A DNA stretch of 64,000 nt from an uncultured Planctomycetaceae bacterium. GTDB lineage: Bacteria > Planctomycetota > Planctomycetia > Planctomycetales > Planctomycetaceae. The position numbers were made by a program, and so were the translations under genes. Positions 1-9,759 of this stretch are shown here, in pieces. The DNA lies in NCBI GenBank assembly GCA_963813715.1, contig CAWFAK010000016.1, forward strand, positions 96,001-160,000, written 5' to 3'. The notes beneath the pieces were generated by a model that was not told where the DNA came from, made no database searches, and saw only the letters and a list, made by a program, of their open reading frames with translations. Within the stretch, counting starts at the first letter, position 1; the number at the start of each line of letters is the position of its first letter.

Positions 1-244
1 ACAAGCGAAACCAGCGGCGGGCGTTGCGTTAAGGGCCAACTCGCGCGCGTCGAAGATTAAGACGGCGAAAGGGACAGCAGTCCCACCGCGACCCGAATGC
101 CCCGTTTCCTCGGGGGTTGAACAAACTGCCGTCGCCGATCAGGGCACGCCAGACCAGCGGCGCGAGCCGGGCCTGCCGTCCGCACCGAACTCGAATTCGA
201 TCGCGTCCTGCGCGGCTTCCGCTGCCCTCGGCCCGGCCACCTTG

Positions 245-730
245 TTAGGCGGCTTGTTTCGTGCAGGTCGGCGCGCTTTCGCCAGTGCAGGGATCACACG
301 TGGAGCTGCACCCATGGCTACACGTGTCGTTGTTGCCACACGACTCCGACTTGTCGCCGCACGGGTCACACTTGCTGGTGCAGGAAGGAGCGCATTCATT
401 GCCGCACGTGTTGTTGCATGGGTCGCACTTGCTGAAGGTCGAGAAGCACGCCGCGATGGCCTGCAATTCGCATTCGGTCGTGTTGCCGCCACAGGGGCTG
501 CACTTGGTCGAGCACGTTGGCGTGCTACAGTGAGACGTGCTGCAGACAGTGGGCGCGCACTTGCTCGACTGACACGCGGTTGCGGCGCAGGGGACCACGC
601 AGCTTGCCGAGAGCAGCAACCGATCTTCCAACGACTCGAACGCGGACACCGGACGCAACGGCCATCCCGACTGATGAGAGTGGCGGCGGGAGTTGCGTCG
701 GCGCAGTGAACCAAAAAGGCGGCGACTCAT
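245..730 (-). CDS. Cys-rich secreted protein with planctomycete LEPR-XLL-type (LEDRLLLS) N-terminal motif
   Basis: ATG at 730 preceded by GGAGG; Arg-rich N-terminus, then FESLEDRLLLS, then about 120 aa with 24 Cys and CDPC/CSPC repeats. Confidence 0.75.
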   Translation of the reverse strand: MSRRLFGSLRRRNSRRHSHQSGWPLRPVSAFESLEDRLLLSASCVVPCAATACQSSKCAPTVCSTSHCSTPTCSTKCSPCGGNTTECELQAIAACFSTFSKCDPCNNTCGNECAPSCTSKCDPCGDKSESCGNNDTCSHGCSSTCDPCTGESAPTCTKQAA

Positions 731-885
731 GTTGAAGGCCCTCCAATAAAAGTACGCGGCGAACTTGAAGTTGAACGACCTCGTTCGCAAGCGACGAACG
801 GATTCGGGGAAATCGACGGTAACCGGAACAAGCCCGCGCAATCAACAACTATTCGGTCAAATTCAATGCCCAGTCCGGGAACGCT

Positions 886-1228
886 AGGCGGACGGACACG
901 GTCTCCAGCATCATCGCGGCGATCGGCAAGAAAGCCGGCGTGAAGGTCTCGGAGCGACGCGGCAAGGTGACGTACGCGAGCGCTCACGACCTCCGCCGCT
1001 GTTTCGGCACCCGCTGAGTGCGGCTCGTGATGCCGGCGGTCCTACAGCGGCTGATGCGTCACGAAGACATCCAGACCACGATGACCTACTACGCCGACCT
1101 CGACGCCGAATCGACCGCCGACGCTGTGTGGAGCGCCTTTGCTAACACTTTCGCTAACAGTGGGCAGGCGCAAGAAAAACGCCGTCAGGCGAATCGACAC
1201 AAAGTGCTGTCGCTTAAGGCGTTTCAAA
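886..1228 (+). pseudogene. C-terminal fragment of a tyrosine integrase with in-frame stop
   Basis: One frame reads KAGVKVSERRGKVTYASAHDLRRCFGTR*VRLVMPAVLQRLMRHEDIQTTMTYY (HxxR, H and Y catalytic motifs); TGA at 1015-1017; N-terminal part missing; converges on tRNA 3' end. Confidence 0.85.
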
Positions 1229-1301
<73 letters not shown>

Positions 1302-1701
1302 AATCGGAGCCGAATCGTGGTGCGACTCCGCATTTGGCGCATTTTCATAGCTGACAGCCCGCCGCGTGTCAAAGGAATTGCCCCGACAGCGATTGCGCCG
1401 AGTGCCCGAGGCCGCCTTTGGTGCGATTAGGCAAGCGGAACGGGCCCGCAACCGCGAACTGGGCCGGTCCGTGGATTCCCGCAAAAAGAAATTGGAATTT
1501 CGCCAACTTTTGCCACAAAATCACGCACACTCTCCAAAAAACGGGGCTTCTGTTGGCGGCGAACACTGGCCACGACCGCGACGGTGGAAAACCTGGCTCG
1601 GTGGCTTGCGTTCGCCTGGTCGACGGAACCCTTTAAAAACACTCGAGAATTCGCTCGCTGCGGCGACGCGATTGGACCATTCAGCAGAAGGGGCTTGAGT
1701 C

Positions 1702-2418
1702 ATGCGATATCTGCACCTGGTTGGATTGGCGGTGGTCATCGGTTTGGCAGTGCAAGTCCCGGCATTCGCCCGCGGCGGTCATGGCGGGCACGGCGGTCAC
1801 CGATCGCACGGACACGGCGGGCACGGGCATCACGCGCATGCACATGGCGCGCATTCCCATCACACGGCCGCGCAGGGCGCCCATCACGGGGCGCGGCGAG
1901 GTCGGGCCTTCGCTCATCACCGCGGCATCCACAATCGACACTTTGCCGGGCATCACGCCGCCTGGGCTCATCACTACGCGAATCATTGGCACAACTGGGG
2001 TGCCCACGGTGGTTGGGGATATCACCACGGCTGGGGTTACAACCATGGTTGGGGTTGGGGCGGAGGCGGGTGGAATTGGTACGGAGGTGGCGTAAATGTT
2101 GTCGGTCCCAGTGCTCCGACATACGTCAATCCCGGTTACGTCGGGCCGGCGACCGGTCCCGGCGTGGTCGTCGTGCCTCCAGTCACGACGCAGATGCCGG
2201 CCTTCAGTTCAATCGTCGGCACGATCCGCACGATTAATGGACCAGCCGTCTCGGTCGTGACCGAAGAGGGAGATCCCATCACCGTCGATGCGACACCCAA
2301 CACGACGGTCGTCCTCAACAGTCAACAGGCGACGCTGGCCGATCTGCGACCGTCGGATCGAGTCAAGGTGCGCTACGACCAGAACCTGAAGGCGCTGACG
2401 TTGGTGGCTCTGAGGTAA
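1702..2418 (+). CDS. Secreted His/Gly/Trp-rich protein with C-terminal small beta-barrel (DUF5666-like)
   Basis: Signal peptide ending AFA; about 29 His in a Gly-rich tract; HHGWGY repeats; C-terminal ATLADLRPSDRVKV. Confidence 0.75.
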   Translation: MRYLHLVGLAVVIGLAVQVPAFARGGHGGHGGHRSHGHGGHGHHAHAHGAHSHHTAAQGAHHGARRGRAFAHHRGIHNRHFAGHHAAWAHHYANHWHNWGAHGGWGYHHGWGYNHGWGWGGGGWNWYGGGVNVVGPSAPTYVNPGYVGPATGPGVVVVPPVTTQMPAFSSIVGTIRTINGPAVSVVTEEGDPITVDATPNTTVVLNSQQATLADLRPSDRVKVRYDQNLKALTLVALR

Positions 2419-2548
2419 TCGCGACCGCCGCACACTCGCCAGATTTAAAACACGGGCCCGCTGGCAAACGGGCACAATCAAAACTCGGAATTGATGACTT
2501 TCACCCGCTTGCCTCAAACACGGTCAAGCGGCTTAAGGGGATGAAACG

Positions 2549-3901
2549 ATGCCACACCCACGAGCTTTTTGTGTCCGTTCGGCCGCGTTGCTCGTTCCGC
2601 TCGCGCTCCTCGTCGTGAGCGAAGCGACGATCGGGCCGGCCCTGGCCGACCCGCCCAAGAACAAAACGGGTCAGCCAAGTAACCACGGGCCGCGAGCGCA
2701 AAATGATGCGGCCGCGCCGAACAAGGGTCCCAAGCCGGCGCCGGCCGACCCGAATCTGCTCAGCATGGAGCTCAAAGCGCTGCGCATCTTGCGGGGGCTG
2801 GAGGCGACGCCGCACCAAATCTCCGAGATCGCGCGGGCCGCCAAGAAGGCGGCCGGCAACGCGGGCCAGCGGGAGTCGGCCAAGGTCGCCGGTCCCTATG
2901 TCGAGGCCATGGTGCAAATGCGTCGCGCCCTGGTCGCCAACGATGCCGAAAAGATCGAGCAGCTCCGCACGACGTTCGACCAGTTGGAAGAAAAGAGTCC
3001 GCCCGATCTCGACGACCAGATTGAGATCACCGACGGCGCCGAAATCGAGGCCGTCCGCCTCCTCAACATCTTCACGCCCCAACAGGTCATCGCCTACGCC
3101 CAGACTCTGGAAGACGAATTTCCCGATCCCATCCAATTGATTCGGGAAGGCCTGGAAGAGGGCGGGTCGCTCAAGGGCGGCGAATGGGAGACAGCCCGCA
3201 ACAAGCTCACGGAGGAAGTCGGTTGGCTCGTTTGCGGGAGTCAAGGGGACAAGGCGACGAAGCTCGAGGAACAAGTGTCGGCCTTCCTCGATCAAAAGCA
3301 CGGCCAACCGCCGGCCGGCATTCGCGACGGTGAGATTCGCAAGCTTGTTGGTTCCCCAGGACCGGTCGTGATCCTGAAAAACGTCATGGAGCACACGCTG
3401 GCGGATCTGCTCTCCAATCCGCAGGTCGAACGGGCCGCCAAGGACTGCCTGCGGCACGACAAACCGCCGGAGCCGCCCGCCGCCAAGCAAGTCGCGCAGG
3501 CGCCCGCCGCGCCCAAGAATGCTCCCAAGCGTCCGCCGCACCCGCCGGCCAAGAATGGCGAGATGGCCGCGAAGCGAATCGATCTCGATGAGGTGCTCAA
3601 AGCTCCGGACCAGTTCGACGGCCAGGAAGTGCGATTCGACCACGTGAGCGTGACCGGCACCGCTCCGGCCAAATCGCCCAACAACTTGTGGCTGGCCGTC
3701 AAAACGCAATCCGGAACCGTCGTCGCCGCGTCGCGCGAGCAGAAGCTGACGTTCGTCGTCCCCATCGCCAAAACGCCCGAGGTGATCAAAGAACTAAAAT
3801 CGGGCGGAGGGGCCGAGATTTCGGTGACGCTGACCTGTGCGGTCCATCGTGACGCCCCCAAGCACTGGAACGCGCGGGTGCTGTCGGTCGAAGTTCATTA
3901 G
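2549..3901 (+). CDS. Secreted hypothetical protein (helical region, Pro-rich linker, possible OB-fold C-terminus)
   Basis: 450-aa ORF, signal peptide ending ALA-DP, host-like codon usage. Confidence 0.75.
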   Translation: MPHPRAFCVRSAALLVPLALLVVSEATIGPALADPPKNKTGQPSNHGPRAQNDAAAPNKGPKPAPADPNLLSMELKALRILRGLEATPHQISEIARAAKKAAGNAGQRESAKVAGPYVEAMVQMRRALVANDAEKIEQLRTTFDQLEEKSPPDLDDQIEITDGAEIEAVRLLNIFTPQQVIAYAQTLEDEFPDPIQLIREGLEEGGSLKGGEWETARNKLTEEVGWLVCGSQGDKATKLEEQVSAFLDQKHGQPPAGIRDGEIRKLVGSPGPVVILKNVMEHTLADLLSNPQVERAAKDCLRHDKPPEPPAAKQVAQAPAAPKNAPKRPPHPPAKNGEMAAKRIDLDEVLKAPDQFDGQEVRFDHVSVTGTAPAKSPNNLWLAVKTQSGTVVAASREQKLTFVVPIAKTPEVIKELKSGGGAEISVTLTCAVHRDAPKHWNARVLSVEVH

Positions 3902-4031
3902 CGCGATCGATCAGCGCAATTCGATGAGCGCAATCGAATTGGCGCGGTGGAGGCGCCTTGACTCGGCATGCCGAGCGGGCAAGCATTCCTAGCGGTCTTC
4001 CCGAAGTGCGGCCGCCGGATAATTTTTCACC

Positions 4032-4598
4032 ATGCGCTCTGCGACGCTGACGATCGTGGTCTCTCTCGTGTTTGCTGCGCCCGCGCTCGGGGACACGCAA
4101 ACGGCTCTCGGCAAGAAGATCGTCGCGTTCTGCGAAGACCACAAAGGCCAGTGCGTCGGGGGCGGCGAGTGCAGCCATCTTGCCGAGCAGGCGCTGCGAG
4201 CCAGCGGAGGTCGGCGCCGTGGTCGCGATGTGCCGAATCCGGGTGACTATACTTGGGGCAAACAGCTGTACTGCGTGGAGCGAGTCGGCAAGAAGCTCAA
4301 GATCACGGGACAGATCAAAGGCGTTCAACCCGGCGACATCATCCAGATGCGCGACGCGAAATGGTGGAGTTCAGAACCGGACGGCCAGCGGCTGTTCAAG
4401 AACGCCGCGCATCACACGGCCGTCGTCGCGGCGGTGGAGTCGAGCGGCAAAGCGATCAAGATCTACGAGCAGAACTCCAACGGCCGCCGCTTCGTGACCA
4501 GCGGGCGTATCTCGTTGAGCAGTCTCAAGGAAGGATGGATCCGCATCTATCGCCCGCACGCTGTCAGCAATGCGGACGAGGACGATCGCTCCAATTGA
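4032..4598 (+). CDS. Secreted CHAP/NlpC-P60-like cysteine proteinase-fold protein
   Basis: Signal peptide; GGGECSHLA, PGDIIQ, HHTAVV and IYEQN motifs. Confidence 0.7.
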   Translation: MRSATLTIVVSLVFAAPALGDTQTALGKKIVAFCEDHKGQCVGGGECSHLAEQALRASGGRRRGRDVPNPGDYTWGKQLYCVERVGKKLKITGQIKGVQPGDIIQMRDAKWWSSEPDGQRLFKNAAHHTAVVAAVESSGKAIKIYEQNSNGRRFVTSGRISLSSLKEGWIRIYRPHAVSNADEDDRSN

Positions 4599-4639
4599 GG
4601 AGCGCCGCTGATTCGACCTGTGCGCGGCCTTCGCCCGGT

Positions 4640-4904
4640 TTATCGCCCGGGGGGAATCTCTGAGGGCGGATTCAGCGGCGTCAGATTCTGCCGCGTCGGA
4701 TTTGGCGGCGAGTCAGTCGGCGGCACCGGCTTGGTGGGCACTGCCTTCTCGGACGCTGCGCTGGGCGGTACGGGCTGATGAATGCCCAGGTGCCAGGTCC
4801 GCTCAGAAATGAGCTTTGGCGGCCACTTGAACGGATTGCAGCCCCAAGCGGCGCTGGCACAAATCACGGCAACGAACAGCGCGCGGCAACGCGGTGTTTT
4901 TCAT
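4640..4904 (-). CDS. Small putative lipoprotein with Pro-rich tail (probable homopolymer frameshift near start)
   Basis: ATG at 4904 joins the ALFVAVICASAAWGC lipobox-like frame if one A of the A-run is removed. Confidence 0.4.
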
Positions 4905-5028
4905 TGTTCACTGGGGGGTGTGGAATAGGTGTATGGAAACGGACGTGAACGGATGGAGAGGGGGAAGGGGGACGGACGTTACTTCATGCCTGAACTAAGG
5001 TCAACGGCGAATCCCTGGCCGCGACGTC

Positions 5029-5116
5029 GGGTGGCACTGGCGGCTTGTCCGCCAGTGTCTGTCGTCCCCAGAGCAAGCCGCCTAACACACTGGCGGACAA
5101 GCCGCTAGTGCCACCC
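5029..5116. repeat. Inverted pair of REP-like palindromes (REPIN-like)
   Basis: GGGTGGCACTGGCGGCTTGTCCGCCAGTGT ... ACACTGGCGGACAAGCCGCTAGTGCCACCC, about 30-bp arms, each internally palindromic. Confidence 0.85.
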
Positions 5117-5143
5117 CGGTCCATCATTTCGATAGACGAACCG

Positions 5144-6274
5144 TCAATTCGGCCATGCCAAGGCCCGGCGGGCGATGTCGAAGGCGGCTTGCGGCTTGCC
5201 GATGCGGCGGGCGTTCTCTTTGAGCCGGGCGAGCCGCGACGGGTCTTCCAAAAGCGGCGTGAGCTTGTGGCCGAGCGTCGCCAGGTTGTTGATCTTCACG
5301 GCGGCCCCGTTTTCGAGCAGAAAATCGCTATTGCGACTCTCCTGTCCGGGAATCGGATTAACCACGGCCATCGCCGCGCCGCGGGCCAGAATTTCCGACG
5401 TCGTCAAACCGCCCGGCTTGGAAACGACGATGTCCGCGACGGCCATCAGCTCGTCGATCTGATCGGTAAAGCCCAGGATCTTCGCGCGATGCCGCTCGGG
5501 CACCTCGACCTGCTCGAGTTGATGTTTGGCCGTTTCGTTGCGGCCGGCGATGACGACGACTTCAATCGGCGTCTCGATCGCCAGGATGCCGCGAAAGATC
5601 TCCTCGATCGGGCCGACGCCGAAACCGCCGGAGATTTGCACGATGATCGGACGATCGCCGGCCAGGCCTTGCCGCGCCAGGCACTCGGCCCGATCCTTCG
5701 GCTGACTGAAGACCGGGTGGATGGGGATGCCCGTCACGCTGATGTCGCCGGCCGGCACGCCCCAGTGCCGCAGGTATGCGGCCCCTTCGCTCGTCGCGGC
5801 GAAATAATGGTCGCACGGCTGATTGACCCAGAGGCGATGCGTCTCGAAGTCGGTGGTGACGGTCAAGTGCGGCGTCGCCAGCTTCCCTTGTTTTTGCAGC
5901 GAGGCGATCAACTCGGCCGGCAAAAAGTGCGTGTTGACGATCACGTCCCACGGCTCGGACTTGAGGAATCGCAAGAACGGTCGCAGGTTGACTTTTTCCG
6001 CCGCGAGCCGCAGGCGATCCGTCGTCCGCCGCGGCGAAACCGGGCGATCCATCAGGTCGTAAAAGTACCCGAGTACGTACGGCGCTTTGTTGACGAGGTC
6101 GAGGTACGCCTTCGCATAGACCCGCCGAAAGGCGGCGTTCGTCAACTCGAGCACGTCGACATTCTTGACGACGGCTTGCGGATCGAGCTGCCGGAGCGCC
6201 AGCTCGACAGCCTGCGCCGCCCTCAAGTGCCCGGCGCCCACGGATGCCGACAATACCAACACGCGTTTGGACAT
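5144..6274 (-). CDS. ugtP: MGDG synthase / UgtP-like GT28 glycosyltransferase
   Basis: SASVGAGHLRAA, VTTDFETHRLWV, GIPIHPVF, SKPGGLTTSE, PIPGQESRN. Confidence 0.85.
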   Translation of the reverse strand: MSKRVLVLSASVGAGHLRAAQAVELALRQLDPQAVVKNVDVLELTNAAFRRVYAKAYLDLVNKAPYVLGYFYDLMDRPVSPRRTTDRLRLAAEKVNLRPFLRFLKSEPWDVIVNTHFLPAELIASLQKQGKLATPHLTVTTDFETHRLWVNQPCDHYFAATSEGAAYLRHWGVPAGDISVTGIPIHPVFSQPKDRAECLARQGLAGDRPIIVQISGGFGVGPIEEIFRGILAIETPIEVVVIAGRNETAKHQLEQVEVPERHRAKILGFTDQIDELMAVADIVVSKPGGLTTSEILARGAAMAVVNPIPGQESRNSDFLLENGAAVKINNLATLGHKLTPLLEDPSRLARLKENARRIGKPQAAFDIARRALAWPN

Positions 6275-6386
6275 CGCTTAGCCTCCCGGAGTTTGTCTCA
6301 CCCAGGAATCGAGGCGTTCGCCACGCCAATTTATAACGCGAATCGGGCGCAGCCTGCGCGACAAAGAGCGGCGCTCTCAAAACTCT

Positions 6387-6429
6387 TCCTCCCTCTCCCC
6401 GTGCGGCAGAGGGGTTGGGGGTGAGGGGC
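6387..6429. repeat. CCCTCTCCC...GGGGTGAGGGG-type extragenic palindrome
   Basis: CCCTCTCCCCGTGCGGCAGAGGGGTTGGGGGTGAGGGG just 3' of the thiolase. Confidence 0.5.
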
Positions 6430-6454
6430 GCCCAGCGTGAATGTCCGGCAGCGA

Positions 6455-7646
6455 TCAGCCGCACAGCTCGAACAAGCCCGCCGCTCCCTGTCCGCCGCCG
6501 ATGCACATCGTCACCACGCCGTAGCGGGCTTTGCGGCGTTGCATTTCGTTGGCGATCACGCCGACCAGGCGGGCGCCGGTCATGCCGAACGGGTGGCCGA
6601 TGGCGATCGAGCCGCCGTTGACGTTGAGCTTTTCCGGATCGATGCCCAGCTTGTCGCGGCAATAGATCACCTGCACGGCGAAGGCCTCGTTCAATTCCCA
6701 GAGGCCAATGTCGGCGACTTTGAGACCGTGCCGCGAGAGCAGCTTGGGGACGGCAAAGACGGGACCGATGCCCATTTCGTCCGGGTCGCAGCCGGCGACG
6801 ACGAAGCCGCGGAAGGCGACTTTCGGCTTGAGGCCGAGCGAACGGGCCTTGTCGGCCGACATCAACAGTGCGACTGAGGCACCGTCGGACAGCTGCGACG
6901 AATTGCCGGCCGTCACGGTTCCTTTGCCGCTCTCCTTGTCGAAGTGCGGCTTGAGGGCCAAAAGTCCTTCGAGCGTCGTGTCGGGGCGGTTGCACTCGTC
7001 CTGCGAAATGTCGCACTCTTCTTCGCTGACGACCTTGCCCGTCGTTTTGTCGAGAATGCCTTTGCGGACGTGCATCGGCGCGATCTCCGCCGCCAGGATG
7101 CCCTCTTTCTGCGCGGGCCGTCCGCAACTGGCTGGAGAGCGAGTACTCGTCCTGCACTTGCCGGCCGATGTTGTAGCGCTTGGCGACGACCTCCGCCGTG
7201 TCCCCCATCACCATGTAGATGCCCGGGCAATGTTCTTTGATCCATGGGTTTTCGTCGCGGTTGCCGCGCGGAATCTGCGTGATGCTTTCGACGCCGCCGC
7301 CGATCGCCACGTCGGCCCCTTCGTGCATGATTTCGTGGGCGGCAATCGCGATCGCCTGCAGTCCGGACGAGCAGAAGCGATTCACGGTCGCACCGGCAAC
7401 CGACGTCGGCAGTCCGGCGCGGATGGCCGCCACGCGGGCGATGTTCATCCCTTGCTGGCCTTCGGGATAGCCGCAGCCGATCACCACGTCTTCGATCTCG
7501 GCCGGATTGAGCTTGGGGGCCCGTTTGAGCACCGCCTGAATGCAGTGGGCGACCATGTCGTCCGGCCGCGTCAGGTTGAACGAGCCGCGGAACGATTTCG
7601 CCAGGGGCGTTCGCAGACTTTCGACAACGACGGCTTCACGTGCCAC
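6455..7646 (-). CDS. Acetyl-CoA C-acyltransferase (thiolase), frameshift near 7100
   Basis: NRFCSSGLQA, TAGNSSQLSDGA, ELNEAFA, NGGSIAIGHPFG and TMCIGGGQG split over two frames. Confidence 0.93.
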
Positions 7647-7797
7647 GGGGCGTGCTCCCATCTGCCAGAGGTCGATCGTCTGCCAGAGATCGATCGATCG
7701 GAAGTGCTATGCTGGAAGGCGGGCCGCGCTAGCCCGCTCGAGATTCCAGGAAACTGCCGCGAAACGCGACGCCCTAAGCATAACCGAAAAAAAGTTG

Positions 7798-8869
7798 ATG
7801 AGTGAACCGTCGGCAGAACGCGGCACGATCGACGGGGTGTTGCGTGCGTTTCGCAGCGTGCTGGGCTTGGATCTGCTGGGCGAGCACGCCGATTGCCGGC
7901 CGGTCGATCGGCCGGGCTTCAGCGGCGCTTTCGTCGCCCGCGTGGAGACGCCGAGCGGAGCGTTCTGTTTGCGAGGCTGGTCCCAGGGAGCCGTCGGCGA
8001 ACGAATTCTCGCGCTGCACGAGTTTCTGGCGCACGTCCGCTCCCGAGGTGTCGACTATGTGGCGGTGCCGTTCGCCGCCGAGCACGGGGAGACCCTCGTC
8101 GAGGTGGCGTGGCGACTGTGGCAGGTCGAGCCCTGGTTGCCAGGCTCCGCCGATTTCTGGTCACGGCCGAGCGACGCACGGCTGGCGGCCGCGCTCGGGG
8201 CCTTGGCGCAGTTTTCATCAAGCGTCCCGCGGATTCGAGCCGGTCGTTCATAGTCGATCACACCTTGGCCCCGCGGCCGACGGAATCGCGCCGACGGTGC
8301 GCGAACGCATCGAGCGGATCGAACGGTGGAGTCCGCAGCGGCTGACGGAGGTCCGCTCGCACTTGCGCCGACTGCCCGCGAACATTGAACGTCGAACGGC
8401 TGCCGCGGAGCGGATCTTGCGGGTGTTCGAGCGGGCCGCGCCGTCGATCGCCGGCGAGCTGAGCCTCGCCGCGCAAATGCCCGTGCCGCTGCAGCCCTGC
8501 CTGCGCGACGTTTGGCACGATCACGTGCTCTTTAGCGGCGACGAAGTGACGGGCCTCATCGATCCGTCGGCCGCCCGCACGGACACAGTCGCGGCCGATC
8601 TTTCGCGACTCGTCGGCAGCCTGATCGCCGACGATCGCGCCGCCTGGGAGCGGGCGCTGGCCGCTTATCAAGCGGTGCGACCGTTGTCGGCGGCCGAAAG
8701 CGTGCTGGTCAGCGTGCTCGATCGCAGCGGCGTTCTGTTGTCCGGGATGGCCTGGCTCGAGCGGCCGGAATTCTGGCAGGAGCAGCCGCCGGCTCTCGCG
8801 ACGCGACTTTGCGAACGTCTCGAGCGCATCGCCGCGCGGGCCGACGTGCTTGCGCGGTCAATCGCGTGA
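7798..8869 (+). CDS. APH / type II homoserine kinase-like phosphotransferase, frameshift near 8215
   Basis: GFSGAFV, WQVEPWLPG, then CLRDVWHDHVLF...GLIDP in the next frame. Confidence 0.8.
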
Positions 8870-9745
8870 GGCGAGTACCAGATCCAGCGACGGCTCGAAG
8901 CCGAGCATCGGCGTTTGCAGCACCGACCTGGCGAACGAGTTGCGGAGGGAAACATCGCGCGGCCGCGGCGCCCGACCGGTGATCTGGGCCGGCGGCCGCG
9001 GTTGCACGAGTCCGGGAGAATAGCCAAACCGCTCGGCAATCCGCCGCGTGAGCGTCACTCGGTCGAGCGTGTCGCTGCCGGCGAGGTGAATTGTTCCCGC
9101 GAGCGAACCGGCCGCCAGCTCGAGGAGTGCCTGGCCCAAAGTGACGACATCGATCGGCGTGCGCAGTTCTTCCGGGGGGACCACAATCGTCTGCCCGGCC
9201 CGCAACATGGGGATCGTGCGCTCCAGGAACGAGTTCCCGCCTCCCAGCGGTCCGAAACCCATCACCACCGCGATCCTCACGACGATCGAGCCGGCAACCG
9301 CCGCGACGATTCCTTCGCTCTCCGCCTTCGTTCGCGCGTACTCGTTGATCGGCGAAGGCGGATCGGCCTCGACGTAGTTGCCCCGTTCGCCGTCGAAAAC
9401 ATTGTCGGTGGAGATATAAACCAGCCGCGCCCCGCTCCGCGAGCAGCTGTCGGCCACGGCCTGCGTGAGGCCGACGTTCACGGCCCGCGCGACGTCCGGA
9501 TGGCGTTCGCAGAAGTCGATATCGGCAATCGCCGCCGCGTGAATGACGACGTCCGGCGCAATTTCCGCGAGCGTGCGCCGGACTTCATCCGGTTGCTTCA
9601 GGTCGAGCGTGTGCCAGTGCAGCCCGGTACGCTGCGCCAAGGGCGCTTTTCCGGAGAGCGCATGCAGCTCCCAATGGCCCGGCGCCTGGTGGATGACGCT
9701 GCCGGCCACGAATCCGCCGCCGCCCGTAATCGCGCATGTTTGCAT
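8858..9745 (-). CDS. RmlD-like (dTDP-4-dehydrorhamnose reductase family) SDR oxidoreductase
   Basis: MQTCAITGGGGFVA, HAAAIADIDFCE, YISTDNVFDG, YARTK; separate gene hidden in the tail of the 1458-aa ORF. Confidence 0.85.
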   Translation of the reverse strand: MQTCAITGGGGFVAGSVIHQAPGHWELHALSGKAPLAQRTGLHWHTLDLKQPDEVRRTLAEIAPDVVIHAAAIADIDFCERHPDVARAVNVGLTQAVADSCSRSGARLVYISTDNVFDGERGNYVEADPPSPINEYARTKAESEGIVAAVAGSIVVRIAVVMGFGPLGGGNSFLERTIPMLRAGQTIVVPPEELRTPIDVVTLGQALLELAAGSLAGTIHLAGSDTLDRVTLTRRIAERFGYSPGLVQPRPPAQITGRAPRPRDVSLRNSFARSVLQTPMLGFEPSLDLVLASRD

Positions 9746-9759
9746 CGCGGTCCCGCGGT

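Noticed and set aside
1015..1017. TGA as selenocysteine or recoded Trp in the integrase fragment
   Set aside because: The gene is 5'-truncated, TGA is used as a normal stop throughout the window, and no SECIS-like hairpin is evident
1490..1690. Possible second degenerate att or tRNA 3'-end remnant
   Set aside because: The resemblance (GGTCCAATCGCGTCGCCGCAG on the minus strand) is too weak to support
7661..7696. 18-bp tandem duplication upstream of the thiolase
   Set aside because: Only two copies; most simply a local slippage duplication
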